Source: the human T2T-CHM13v2.0 reference genome, Homo sapiens. Taken from it: a DNA stretch of 64,000 bases. Below the pieces are notes generated by a model that had not been told where the DNA came from, did not search any database, and saw only the letters and a program-made list of their open reading frames with translations. A program made the position numbers and the translations under genes. Below, one piece after another: positions 48,146-64,000 of the stretch; the first letter of the stretch is position 1; each line of letters begins with the position of its first letter. The DNA lies in the NCBI RefSeq assembly GCF_009914755.1, contig NC_060941.1, one strand, 5' to 3'.

Positions 48146-49353
48146 GTCCATTCTGCATAAAGAGTCTATTCTGTTCGTACAGAGTCCTTTCTATAACATC
48201 CTCACATATGTACTGAAACCTATTCTCTGCTGTCCTTTATTGCTGCACCAGTTGGTTACTAGTGTTGATCTCGTTTGAAGGAGAAGGATAGCTGAGCGAT
48301 AGCTTTTGTTCTGCAGGCCACATCATCTGCATGTGGGCAATGAAATTGTCCTTTGGAACAGTGTTTAGCTATTTCGCCAAATGCTAAAGTTTTCCAGTTA
48401 AAAATATAACTCCATAGTTACCTTCCTCCCCCTAGTGTATTCTAATTTCAATAACTTAGGAAGAGCCAACAACGCTTCTTACTAAAGAAACATAAAAATG
48501 AGGAGTAGTTCTCTTTGCCACTTGAAGCAGGGGGTGTTTGTTATCAAGAAAAATAGCCAGTATGGCTGGTAGATTGGTAATTGGAACCAGAGAATGTTAT
48601 TTCTGCTTCATGAATATTAGGAATTTGCTGTCATTTGGAACTAGATGTTCAAAAGATGTGATGAAAAGACACATTTGTAGCCTGGATAAATCTGGATAAT
48701 TTGTTCTATAGTGATGAATTATGTTTTCCATGGATGACCTGCTTAGAAGCATGGAGTCTCAGAACTGTGGCATATTCTATTGAACTGGATCAGAAGGCCT
48801 TCTGTCCTTGTGGATAATTGTGGTCTTGCTTTTAGTTTTTATAGATTACTTCAATATTTCTCAGGCAAAATAGAAGAAATAGAGACCATTAGTCGGTTGG
48901 CTAATGAAGGATAAGTTTTTTGTCCTCCATATTAATAACATACTAAATGTTTGTATCAAATGTATTTATATTACATTTTATACATTTTATTATAAATTTT
49001 ATTTGTAATTATTTGTTATAAGTTTTATTATAAAATACAATGTTTTATATGCATTTGTCCTATAACTTTTATAGTAAATATGAAGTTTAATTAGTGTAAT
49101 TTAAGAAGAGCTTGGGATTTTTGTTTCCTCATAAACAATCTTTATTTTCTGAAGCAGTTAAAAATATATAGTGTTTATATCATATTTGCCATTATTAAGA
49201 TACCTTTTTGATTGTAAGCATATTTAAATAGTTTTTAGAATTTAATATTCTAAAATGTTTCATTATCTTTAGCATAGTCTGGGTGTGGTGGCTCATGCCT
49301 GTAATCTCAGCACTTTGGGAGGCCGAGGCGGGTGAATCACTTGAGCCCAGCAG

Positions 49354-49356
<3 letters not shown>

Positions 49357-49434
<78 letters not shown>

Positions 49435-49532
49435 CACACATGCATACATACATACACTCACACACATATATATACACACATACACATATATATACACATA
49501 TATATACACACACACACACACATATATATATA
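49357..49532. repeat. (TA)23(TG)14...(CA)n(TA)n compound microsatellite
   Basis: Directly visible between a truncated sense Alu and an antisense Alu. Confidence 0.95.
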
Positions 49533-49622
49533 GAGAGAAGAGAGTCTCACTCTGTTGCCCAGGCTGGAGTGCAGTGGCATGATCTCGGCTCACTGTAACC
49601 TCCGCCTCCTGAGTTCAAGTGA

Positions 49623-49826
<204 letters not shown>

Positions 49827-50130
49827 TAATTTTTTAAAAATAGCTTAAAAGTGGCTTTTACACTTGCTGCTTTATTATTCCTTTGATAGTCTCACATAGG
49901 GTTAGGTAGGGAGGCCCTAAGGAGAACAAAAAGCCCTAGTTTAGATTTACTGAAGGATTTTTTGACTAAGTCACATTTGTCTGATCCTTTATTAAAGTAG
50001 CTGTTATTTCACTGCTCTTCCAAAAGGAAACACAAAAATGATACTGATGAAGATGTGCTATTTTTTTTCCATAAATTCACTGTAATCTGTCCCTTTCCAA
50101 TTTTGAACTTTTGCTGCTAATGAACTTTTT

Positions 50131-51341
<1,211 letters not shown>

Positions 51342-51448
51342 AATGAACTTTTTAAAAAAAGGAAATCATGGCCCGGAGCAGTGGCTCACGCCTGTAATTC
51401 CAGCACTTTGGGAGGCCGAGGTGGGCAGATCACGAGGTCAGGAGTTCA

Positions 51449-51704
<256 letters not shown>

Positions 51705-53096
51705 TCACGTTCTTTGATTTTTAGAAGATCTTTTATTGTACAATTACTTCACAAACTAGATGGTATTTTTTATAATGTAGTGAGTGCTAAATTACCTCAA
51801 ATTCTTTTCCAGATAAGGCAGGATATGAATAAATTTTTTAAAATCACACTTTAAAAGATAGTGACTGATACAAATAACTTAAACAGAATTGCCCCCACTC
51901 TTTGTTACCACTGTGTTGTGTGTCTGTATGTTCAAGCGTGAGTAAAGCTACTTGATTATTGTTGTCTTTACGACACCTTCTCTCCTGCCAGAGTGTTTTC
52001 TTTCCTATCTCTGAGGCCTGCCCTGCTGGAATAGACCTGGTGTACTTTGGCGGGAGCCTGCTGCTACACAGGCAGCCAGAACTGACCTTCAGACTAATGA
52101 GCAGAGCTGTGAAGAAATCTGAAGTTCCTCATAATGTTGGTTGTCTGTTCTGAAAATATCATTGCAGACATAGGGAGTCCATGGGAAAAGCAGAAGGAGA
52201 CTGTGACTGGGAAAAAGTTTGTTCTAATGAGTTTTAAGAAGAGAGATGAAGGTCTTTTCTCTCTTGGACCTTCAGACACCCACTTGGGTCTCTAGCAAGT
52301 AAATTTTTCATTTGTTTCCTCTTATAAAGCCTTTTAAAATAAACTTCCACTTCTGCTCTGAAAAAAAAAAGAGAGAGAGAGATGAGGAAGAATGGATGAG
52401 TTTTAAGGGCCATGGTGAGGGAGGGAACTTCAAGGGGAACAAAACATCTCTTGAAAGCCTGAATTTTGCTAAGAGATCCTATGTGATTGGGATTAAGGAA
52501 CAAGTGCTTTCTTGGAAACCAGTAGCCTTTCAGTGTTGGGGATTGGCTTAATTTTGATCACATTATTTATCTTTTTTTTTTTTTCTTTTTGAGACAGGGC
52601 CTCACTCGGTTGTCCAGGCTGGAATGTAGTGGCGTGATCATGGCTCACTGTAGCTTCGACTTCCTGGGCTCAGGTGATTCTCCCATCTCAACCTTCCGAA
52701 TACCTGCATATAGGCATGCATCGCCATGCCTGGCTAATTTTTAAATTTTTTGTAGAGATAGAGTTTCACCATGTTGTCCAGGCTGGTCTAGAACTCCTGG
52801 GCTCAAGTGATGTGCCTGCCTCAGCCTCCCAAAGTGCTGAGATTACAGGCGTGAGCCGCCTCACTTGGCCTGTTTAACATTTTTTGAATTGTGGACTAAA
52901 AGGTAGGTTTTTTTTTCTTTCTGAAACTGATGAGGGCCTTAGAGTGGTGGAACAAGAGCAAAATTTTAAAAAGATAATTCTGAAAAGGGGATTATGAGAA
53001 GAATCAGGGTCTTAAGCATATTAAGGTAGGCACATTTCTTATGGACCTAGAGTGGGACTGAGTTATTGAATGTCAGCTTCATTTTTGCCATCCTTA

Positions 53097-53273
<177 letters not shown>

Positions 53274-53758
53274 TTAAAATTAGCTGGGTAAGGTGGCATG
53301 CACCTGTAGTCTCAGCTACTTGGGAAGCTGAGGCGAGAGGATCACTTGAGCCAGGAGTTCAAAGCTGCAGTGAGCTATGATCATGCCACTGTACTCTTGC
53401 CTGGGCAAAAGAGTGAGACCCTGTCTCAAAAAAGAAAAGTGTAAAATATCCAGGATAGCTCTTTAGAAATGGAAAAGTTCCTGGAAATATCCATGCTGGT
53501 GGTAGTTGTGATTATGGAGACACTCCAGGAAAAGCAGACATCTCTACTGGGAATAGTCAGGTGCAGAAGTTCAGAGGTCTTAGAAATTATATAGGCATTG
53601 TATCCTTTAAAAGGCCTTGCTGTTTTGAGTACCTGGGAGTTATACTACTGCTAAAATAAATTACATAAAGTACAGGGCTTGGTGGACTTGATGGGACTTC
53701 ATAACAGAGGCATTCTGTCTGTGATCCACAGAGAGCTCTGTCTGCTGTGTATTATTCA

Positions 53759-53944
<186 letters not shown>

Positions 53945-54186
53945 TCATGCCTGTAACCCCAGCACTTGAGAGGCCAAGGCAAGAGACTCACTTGAGCCCA
54001 GGGGTTTGAGGCCAGCCTGGACAACATAGGGAGACCCCGTCTCTACGAGAAATTAAAAAAAAAAAAAGGCCAGGCGCAGTGGCTCACGCCTGTAATCCCA
54101 GCACTTTGGGAGGCTGAGGTGGGCAGATCACGAGGTCAGGAGATCAAGACCATCCTGGCTAACACAGTGAAACTCCGTCTCTACTA

Positions 54187-54890
<704 letters not shown>

Positions 54891-54944
54891 TCAGGGACTG
54901 TCTTTCTGTGTTGTTAGCATTAAATGCATTCTCTTTTTTTTTGA

Positions 54945-55109
<165 letters not shown>

Positions 55110-56045
55110 TAGTAGAGACAGGGTTTCACCATGTTAACCAGGATGGTCTCGATCTCCTGACCCTGTGATCTGCCAGCCTTGGCCTCCCAAAGTGCTGGGA
55201 TTACAGGTTTGAGCCACTGCGCCCAGCCTAAATGCATTTTCTTTTCTTTTTCTTTCTTTCTTTCTTTTTTTTTTTTTTTTTAAGTTTTGGTTGCCAGGGA
55301 GGATCCTAACACATTTCAAAAAATTTTTTGAGACAAGGTCTCACTCTGTTGCCCAAGCTGGAGTGCAGTGGCTCAATCATGGCTCACTGCAGCTTCGACT
55401 TCCCAGGCTCCAGGGATCCTCCCACCTTAGCCTCCCGATTACCTGAGACTATGGGTGTGTGCCACCATGCCTGGCTAATTTTTTATTTTCTGTAGACATA
55501 GGGTCTCACTTTGTTGTCCAGGCTGATCTTGAACTCTTGGGCTCAAGTGATTCTCCCACCTCAGCCTCCCAAACTGCTGGGATTACAGACATGAGCCACT
55601 GCATCTGGTCTAAGTATATTTTTAACTTATATTTTCAACTTATGATGGGTTTATGGGGAAGAAATCCTATCATAAGTGAAGGAGCATCTGTGTTTTGCTT
55701 CCATGGTGCATAATCATCTGGAATCAGGATGTACTACTATGAATGTTGACAGGAATACTACCTTGAGCTAGCTGAAGGTTTGGGATTGCTGGAACCTTAA
55801 GCAAGGGCATGATAAATGTAGTTATTTAAGGAAAAAGGGTTATGAAATGTTGCATGTAAGTTGGCAAGATCTGAAAATTCCGGGACCCAACATTGGCTTG
55901 GTGAGTTCTACTTTGTTCTTGTAGCTAGATGAATGTTTCTGCCAAATCACTTTCCCACACACAGTTAAAACATACAGTTTGCAGATCTCTCTGCCATTTC
56001 TAGGGTACTATATCTTACGTAGTGGTGTGTGAATGTGTGTTTTGA

Positions 56046-56258
<213 letters not shown>

Positions 56259-57371
56259 TGAACTCCTGGGCTCAAGTGATCCCCTCACCTCAGCCTCCCA
56301 AAGTGCTGGGATTATGGGCATGAGCTGCCATGCCCAGCCCTTAATGTTAATGTGCACTTTTTCTCATGTTACAGACCTGTTTTCTAGGTGTGCTCCATGG
56401 AAGTTTAAGCATATGCCGTAAGCATTTAGATAACATCTAGTCCACCTATCCCCACCTTTTCTTTTTTTAACTGATTTAACTGGTGAGAAAAATTGAGGCC
56501 CAGAGAGAGTTGTAACTCAGGGTCATACTGTTAATGGCAAAAGCCGGTTCCTGAATCCAGATTTTCTGGCCCAGGCCAGTGCTCATTTTAACACCTTTAA
56601 TTCAAACTGATCATTGTCATGACATTTACCATTTGTGTACTTAATGTGTGACAGGTGTTGTGCTAAGCATTATATAGCTCTCATCTTGATTAATCCTCTT
56701 AACAATTCTATGAGGCTGGCCAGTATTTTATAGATGAATAAGCAGCCTTGATGACTTGCCTGAAGAAGCACAGCTAGTAAGTGCTGGAACTAAGATTTCA
56801 GCCCAATTCTGTGTAGTTCCAAAGCCTGTGTTGTTTTTTCTTCTTTTCTTTTTTGATTAAATATTTATGTAAAAGGTAATAAAGAATAATATGACAAATA
56901 CTCAACACCCAGCTTAAGAAATAAAGTATTACCAATCATTTGAAGCTCCCTTCCCATTACATTGTCCTCTCTTTTCCTCCAAAGTAATCATCCGCATTCC
57001 TGAGTTTCAAATTTGTGCTCCTAACCACCAAGCTATACAGCTGCATTTATTAAGTGCCATGGGAGCTGGAGCCACTGTTATTCAACAGTAAACAAGAAAG
57101 ACATGTTTTCTGCCCTTGAGGAGTTTCCTATGGGTGATAATGAAATATTTGTTTCTTAATCTTTCTGGAGATCTTCAGTAGCTGGTACGAAATGTGACAT
57201 CAAGGAGGTTTAAGAAGTCCTTCAGGAGATCACTGGTGATATGTTGGAAGGTTGCCTAGATATTACACAAATGAATCAGAGTTAAGAATACATGTGTTGG
57301 CTGGGCGCAGTAGCTCATGCCTATAATCCATTTGGGAGGTCGAGGCGGGTGCATCATGAGGTTAGGGTTCA

Positions 57372-57620
<249 letters not shown>

Positions 57621-58644
57621 TTAATTGGATCACTGATTATTTTTTCTTCCTAGAGACCAAGTTATAGATTGGGTGTTTTGTTTTCCGACAAGGTCTTGCT
57701 CTTTCATGGCTCACTGCAGCCTCAACTTCCTGGGCTCAAGTGATCCTCCCACCTCAGCCTCCTGAGTATCTAGGAATCCAGGCCCTGCTAGTTTTTGTAT
57801 TTCTTATAGAGACAGAATCTCGCCACATTGCCCAGGCTGGTCTCAAACTCCTGGGCTGAAGTGATCTGCCTGCCTCAGCCTCCCAAAGTGCTGGGATTAC
57901 AGGCATGAGCCACTCTGTGCTCAGCCTTGTCTTAGTTAATATATTTTCCATATTATCCCCACATAGTATGTAAGACAAAACTTTGTCCTTAGAAGACAAT
58001 CAGGTCAATAATTATAAAATGAACTAATAGTAGGAGTCTAGACAAAAAAGATGGGTCATGTAGAAGCGTAAGTTAATACCCTGCATGTTCTAGTGTTTTC
58101 CCTAGTTTGTTATAGGCAGGGTAGACATGAGTCTGGGTGGAACTAGTGCTCTTGGATAAAAAATCTATTACAGTGTTTCTCAGTTTTTGTTTGTTTGTTT
58201 TTTGTTTTTTTGAGACAGAGTCTCCCTCTGTCGTCGTTTTTTGAGACAGAGTCTTGCTCTGTCACCAGGCTGGAGTGCGGTGGCGCCATGCAATCTCGGC
58301 TCACTGCAACACCTGCCTCCCGCTTTCAAACGATTCTCCTGCCGCAGCCTCCCTAGTAGCTAGGACTACAAGCACATGCCACCACGCCCGGCTAATTTTT
58401 GTATTTTTAGTAGAGACGGGGTTTCACCATGTTGGCCAGGCTGGTCTTGATCTCTTGACCTCGTGATCCGCCCACCTCAGCCTCCCAAAGTGCTGGGATT
58501 GCAGGCATGAGCCAGCGTGTCCGGCCGTTTCTTGGTATTTTAGCTATAAGTTCTTTTGATAAATACAGAGCTCACGTACCCTCTGAGTTCCGACACCAAT
58601 TTTCCTATACCAACTGAGTGTCATACAATTCAATTCAATTCTAA

Positions 58645-60752
58645 TGATGGCAGTGGCGGCCATCTGGAGTGGCCATCAGCTGCAGCAGGGAGGCGCAAGC
58701 GGTGGCAGCAGGAGTGGCTGCTGGAGCAGCAGTGGTGGTGGTGGGACCCCTGTGCCCTGCATCCCTGAGGCAGCTGAGTGCATCACTCCTACCTCACATG
58801 GCTGGGCAGGACCTGCTTCCAGGCCTGGAGCCTCCACTATGGCCTCAACCTCTCCCCACACCGTGTCTCAGGAGCCCATGAGCACCCGGCTGAAGGCGCA
58901 GCTGGGACTCGTGGGGCCAGCCTCAAGATCATCGGGTTTGTTTGTGCGGGGTTGGCCGGGGCTGCCACGCCACCTGTACCTCTCCTGCTCCTGCTGCAGG
59001 GAAAATGTGGAGAGGAGGCATGTAGTCCCCAGAGCCCACACCTGGGAGCCCCCTGGAGCCTGATATCCCCAGAGCCACCATGATGGGGCCGGGCCGAGTT
59101 ACCCGTTGGCAGGGGAGCAGTGTGATCAGGCATGGAGGGGTGGACAGAGAGGAGCCCCGAGGTGGAGCTGGGCCCTGAGCGGTGCCGCGCTCCATGGAGC
59201 TGGCAGGAGCTGGAAGCTGGCAAGAGCCCCACCTCCCAGTCGCAGCTGCAGCTGCCCAGCCGTGGCTGTGGACCCAGGCATCTCTGCAGTCTAAGGGGCC
59301 CAGGAAGCCTGTGGGCTTGGAGATGTCTGCTCCTGCTGCCTGGCCTCTCCCTGCTCCTGGTGCCCGTTCTGATCTCAGAGCGAGGTTGGGGCCAAGCCTG
59401 GGTGCTGTTGCAGCCTGACCGGGTGTGCGCATGCTTGGGACAGTGGTGACATGCCAGGCCCCTGCCACTTTGGCCTCCTCTAGACTTCAGGCACTGGCGA
59501 GCATGGGAGGGAGGCTGAGATGGGGACTGAGGGCAGCTTGGTGTAGGCCTGCAGGTACCCTTTGGCATGGCCTTGGCAGCTTGAATGCCAGCAGGAGGCA
59601 GACAGGCTCCTGGGCAGAAGGGGGCAGATGCCCCGTGAAGCCCCACCTTCAGGCTGGGAGGGCCTGAAGCCCGGGGGCTGGGTTGCTGATCCCGCAGACC
59701 AGTGTGGGAACTTGTGACGCGGGTCCTCCCATGGCTGCCCATGGACCAATCGGCACACTCTTCTTCCCCTCTGAGGCCCATAAAAAGCCTCCCGGACTCT
59801 GCCAGACCAGAAGAGAGACGACGGCATGACCTGCCTACAGGGAGGAACTACCCTCTCTGCTGAGAGCTGAAGGGGTGACAGGATGATCTGCCTGCAGAGA
59901 GGAGCTACCCTCTCTCCTGAGAACTGAAGAGACGTTGGGATGACCTGCCTGCAGAGAGGAACTACCCTCTCTGCTGAGAGCTGAACATTCTTCGGGACAG
60001 CCTGCCAAGCAGAGAGGAGCTATCCTCTCTGCTGAGAACTGAACACTTGTTGGGACACCCTGGCTACAGAGAGGAGGTACTCACTGTAGGTTTCCTCTGA
60101 GCTGTTGTGTCGCTCAGTAAAGCTCCTGTTTGTCTTGCTCAGCCTCCACTTGTCTGTTACCTCATTCTTCCTGGATGCAGGACAAGAACTCGGGACCTGC
60201 TGAATGGTGGGGCTAAAAGAGCTGTAACACAAACAGGGTTGAAACATGCCCCTTGCTTGCTACCTTGAGAGTGTAGAGAAGGAGAGAAGAGCTGCAGTCC
60301 TTCAGGGAGCCCAGACCTGGGAGCTCCCTTAGCCAGGGCTGTGACTCCCTCTTTGGGGCCCTGTGGTTCCTGGAGTCGCCAAGCTTCCGGGCACCACTGT
60401 GTTCTCCAGTGCCAGCTGTGGAAGCTGCTTGTGATGCGCCTGGTCCAGTTGCAGCCTCGCAGGGAGATGGTGCCCAAGCTGGCATCTGGAGCTGCCCACC
60501 CCACAGCAGCAGCCGGCGTGCCTGGCTGTGCACAGAGGTCAGACCCCATGCTTGCTCACACATCCCTCACCACTTTGTGCCTGGCTCACCTTTGGCAGGC
60601 GTGGGATCCAGGCTGGTCGTGTGAGTTGAGCACAGCCTGCCAGGCTGAGTGGGTGGAACGAGCCCAGTGGGCCAGAGCAAAACTTGGACAGAGGCACCAC
60701 TGGCCACAGAAGTTTCCAGTTGGTGAAGTGACTCCCCAACGATCCCGTAACA
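58645..60752 (+). mobile_element. MER52-family ERV1 solo LTR (MER52D-like by length, 2.1 kb)
   Basis: TG...CA termini; GC-rich U3; GGACCAATC and CCCATAAAAAGCC promoter motifs near 59744-59790; internal ~58-bp repeats 59827-60080; TSD CTAA/CTGA. Confidence 0.85.
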
Positions 60753-60784
60753 CTGACACCACCCAGAGTTAGCTTCAGATCCAC

Positions 60785-61507
60785 TATAGTTGCCCAGTGG
60801 GTTCTTCTGCCTGCTACACAGACAGACCAATTCACTGAGACCACAGTATTGTAGTAAAGAAATAACTTAATTAACACAAGGCTGGCCATGCAGGAGAACT
60901 AAATGTATCACGCAAATTAGTCTCCCAGAAGGCTCAGAGGTTTGGGTTTTTCAAGGATAGTTTGGTGGGTGGGGGCTAGAGAATGGAGGATGTTGATTGG
61001 TTGAGGATGAAATCATCGGGATGTGGAAAACGTTCCTCGTGCTCAGTCAGCCGCTGATTGGGGGCCACAGGATCGACTGAGTCACAAGTTGTGGGTTCCG
61101 GTAGAGTCAGTCCTTCACCAGAAATGCAAAAATATGAAAAACATCTCAAAATGCCAATTGTAGGCTCTATTATCGTGATGTTATCACAGGAGTAACTGGG
61201 GAAAGTTACAAATCTCCTGACCTCCAGAACAATGGTTGGTTATCATTTACACCTGTATCTTAGCAGAATTCAGGTCCCTCACATAATCCTAACCTTGTGG
61301 CCTTTCACTAGTTTTACAAAGGTGGTTTAGTTTTAGGAAGTGCTATTATCATTCTTGCTTTAAGATTAAACAGTAAACTTAAATTCCTCTCAAGGTTATC
61401 TTGGCCTGTTCCCAGGAATGACCAGGGACAGCTTGGAGGTTAGAAGCAAGATGGAGTCAACTATGTCAGATTTCTCTTACTGTCATAATTTTGCAAAGGC
61501 AGTTTCA
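60785..61507 (-). mobile_element. LTR8-family ERV1 solo LTR
   Basis: Reverse complement starts TGAAACTGCCTTTGCAAAATTATGACAG...GACTCCATCTTGCTTCTAACCTCCAAGCTGTCC; TSD CCAC at 60781-60784 and 61508-61511. Confidence 0.85.
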
Positions 61508-63353
61508 CCACCAGTTAAAGAGCAAGGTTTCCAACAACATTGCCCTTACTTCAGCAGCATGCACTTTGGCCTGACCAACCACAAATTCAGGGCTTCCTAC
61601 TACCCCCTCAGACTAGAGTGAGTCACAAAACTCGGGAAAGTGCTATATTCACGATTATACAAATGAACAACCAGATTGAAGAGGTACATGGGGAAAGGTC
61701 TGGAAGAGTCCCGAGCTCAGGAGCTTCTTTCTCTGTAGGGTCAGGGTGCACCACCTTCCTGGTACATTGACCTGTTCACCAACCAGGAAGCTCTCCTGAG
61801 CTTTGATGTTCGGAGTTTTTATATGGGTTTTCAGTAGGTAGATGTGATTAAGTCATTGGCCACGTGCTTGACTCCAGCTGTTTCCCTGTTGGAGGTTTTG
61901 GGGTGGGGCTGAGAGTTCTGACCCTCTAATCATGTAGTTGGTTTTTCTGGTGACCAGCTCCCATCCTGCTAGCATGCTCTGTTGCCCCCTCCTCCCCACG
62001 TGAGTCACCTCATTAGGATGAACTCTGTGGTTGAAAGGGACTCATTATTCATAATAAAAGACACTCCTATCATATAGGAAATTCCAAGGGATTCTGATGC
62101 TCTGTGCCAGAAGCTGGGGACAAAGACCAGATGTATTCTATGTTATATCATTCCCTCCTTTATATTATTTGAAATTTTAACATTTTATTTTTTACCAAAA
62201 ACAAATTGAACACAGTAATTTTAGCATATGTTTATATTTTAACTGCCTCAGTAGCGACCTGTTATTCCCAGTTCTCCGGTTGCTGTTAAGAAAATCTTTG
62301 AATGCTAGTTCCAGAATCTCCAGGAGGTGGGACCAGTTTCGTTAGTGGTGATGTCGAAAATAACAGCAGTACCACTGTGCTTGGGCCAGGTGAAATCAAA
62401 TCAGATGATTCAGTCTGGTTGATGTGCTAGAGGCCCTTTTCCCATTCATGTAAAATTGGAAAATTTTGTTCACTATCCAAGTGTTTCCAAATATTTGGTT
62501 ATTGTGTCAATGTAGATTCATACATATTAAGTATGTATCTTGGGTATAAATTTAAGTTATAATTTAATATAAATTGTGTGGCACAAAAGTAGTTCAAAGG
62601 AGGAAGTGGAGGAAATAAGAGCTATAGGTAGAATTTGAACCATCCTTGAAAGATAATTATTAATAACATTTGGGAAAGTAGAGGGGAAAGCAGGAATGAT
62701 GTTTAGATGAGGGAAACTGTGAGGTGGGCAGGATTTATCATGGCTTGTTTGCACTTAAACAATGCAGAATGGCCTTATTTGAGCAAATTGAGTGGGGGAT
62801 AGTGGGAAATGAGATTAGGTAGGTGAGCTAGGGATAGATTATTTATGATATTCAAAGGCCAGTAGAATGATTTCATTTTGGTGTGGTAGATAATTGAGAG
62901 TCAAAGAAAGCGTTTGATCAGGTGAGTCAGAAAATGAAAAGAGCATGTAAGAAAAATGGACCAGCATTTATATTGTTGGTAGATTAATGAGGAGAGAGAC
63001 TGGAGAAAGGGATAGGAAATTTGGGACTGGGAGATTTTTCAATAAAAGTACCATAATTAGGGAAATAGGGGAACAGTGAGGGAAGGAATGAATGTTAAAA
63101 ATTTCAAAGGAAAATTTGACAGATCTTGACTGCTAAATGCAGAAGAATGATGAATCGGAGATGGTACATTTTTAAAATTTTTCTTTTTATCCAGATATGT
63201 AAAAAGAATGTTAACCAAGGCTGGGTGTGGTGGCTCACGCCTGGTAATCCCAGCATTTTGGGAGGCCAAGGTGGGCAGATCACAAGGTCAAGAGTTCGAG
63301 ACCAGCCTGGCCAATATGGTAAAATCCCGTCTCTACTAAAAATACAAAAATTA

Positions 63354-63533
<180 letters not shown>

Positions 63534-63662
63534 TTAACTATATTGGTGATAACTATCTAAGTCTGTTACAATGTAATGTAAAAGTAGAGAGGACCTAGTG
63601 GCCATGATCAGTGGTATCCCCAGGATGAAGAATAGTGCCTGGTGGCCAGGCGTGGTGGCTCA

Positions 63663-63932
<270 letters not shown>

Positions 63933-64000
63933 TTATCAAAGGATGAAAGAATGCATTTAACCTGTCAACTTTTGGGTAAATTTTAGTTGTCATCTTTAAC

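Larger units (their letters stand above)
58530..62150. mobile_element. MER21-family LTR (host), split by two later LTR insertions
   Basis: CAATTCAATTCAATTCT(A/G)A...CACCACCCAGAGTTAGC...CCAC...CAGTTAAAG rejoins across the inserts; end GGGGACAAAGACCAGATGTATT. The left boundary is approximate. Confidence 0.7.

Noticed and set aside
49958-49993. AATAAA plus short A-run as the 3' end of ARGFXP2
   Set aside because: The 12-bp TSD places the end at 50131; this signal lies outside the insertion.
58644-60889. Long ORFs (up to 314 aa) on both strands
   Set aside because: They lie within the GC-rich MER52 LTR and show no gag, pol or env motifs.

Overview
Primate (almost certainly human) genomic DNA, very Alu-dense (roughly 70 or more Alu copies or fragments by eye). 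It contains the CpG-island promoter, first coding exon (MKKDVRILLVGE) and the start of intron 1 of RHOT1 (Miro1) on the + strand; from recalled knowledge this is 17q11.2, next to the distal NF1 low-copy repeat/LRRC37B region. Three gene fossils lie on the - strand: (i) an unprocessed four-exon duplicate of the middle of BPTF (about 5.8-15 kb) with all eight splice sites intact; (ii) a full-length WDR45B (WIPI3) processed pseudogene with a 14-bp TSD, nested in an intron of that duplicate; (iii) an ARGFX processed pseudogene (ARGFXP2) in RHOT1 intron 1, copied from an mRNA carrying both the Alu-derived exon and a 123-nt intron-end extension inside the homeobox. A probable fourth, 3'UTR-only retrocopy of unknown parent lies at about 28-30 kb. 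Also present: a solo LTR13, a MER34/39-type LTR, a triple-nested MER21/MER52/LTR8 cluster, MaLR LTRs, DNA transposon remnants and several non-B-DNA repeats. I found no evidence for a wholly new biological system. The best leads are the fossil ARGFX isoform, a palindromic CCAAT-box tandem array upstream of RHOT1, a possible non-AUG N-terminal extension of Miro1, and a possible - strand transcript joining the fossils. Gene and repeat-family names come from recall of sequences, not from database searches.
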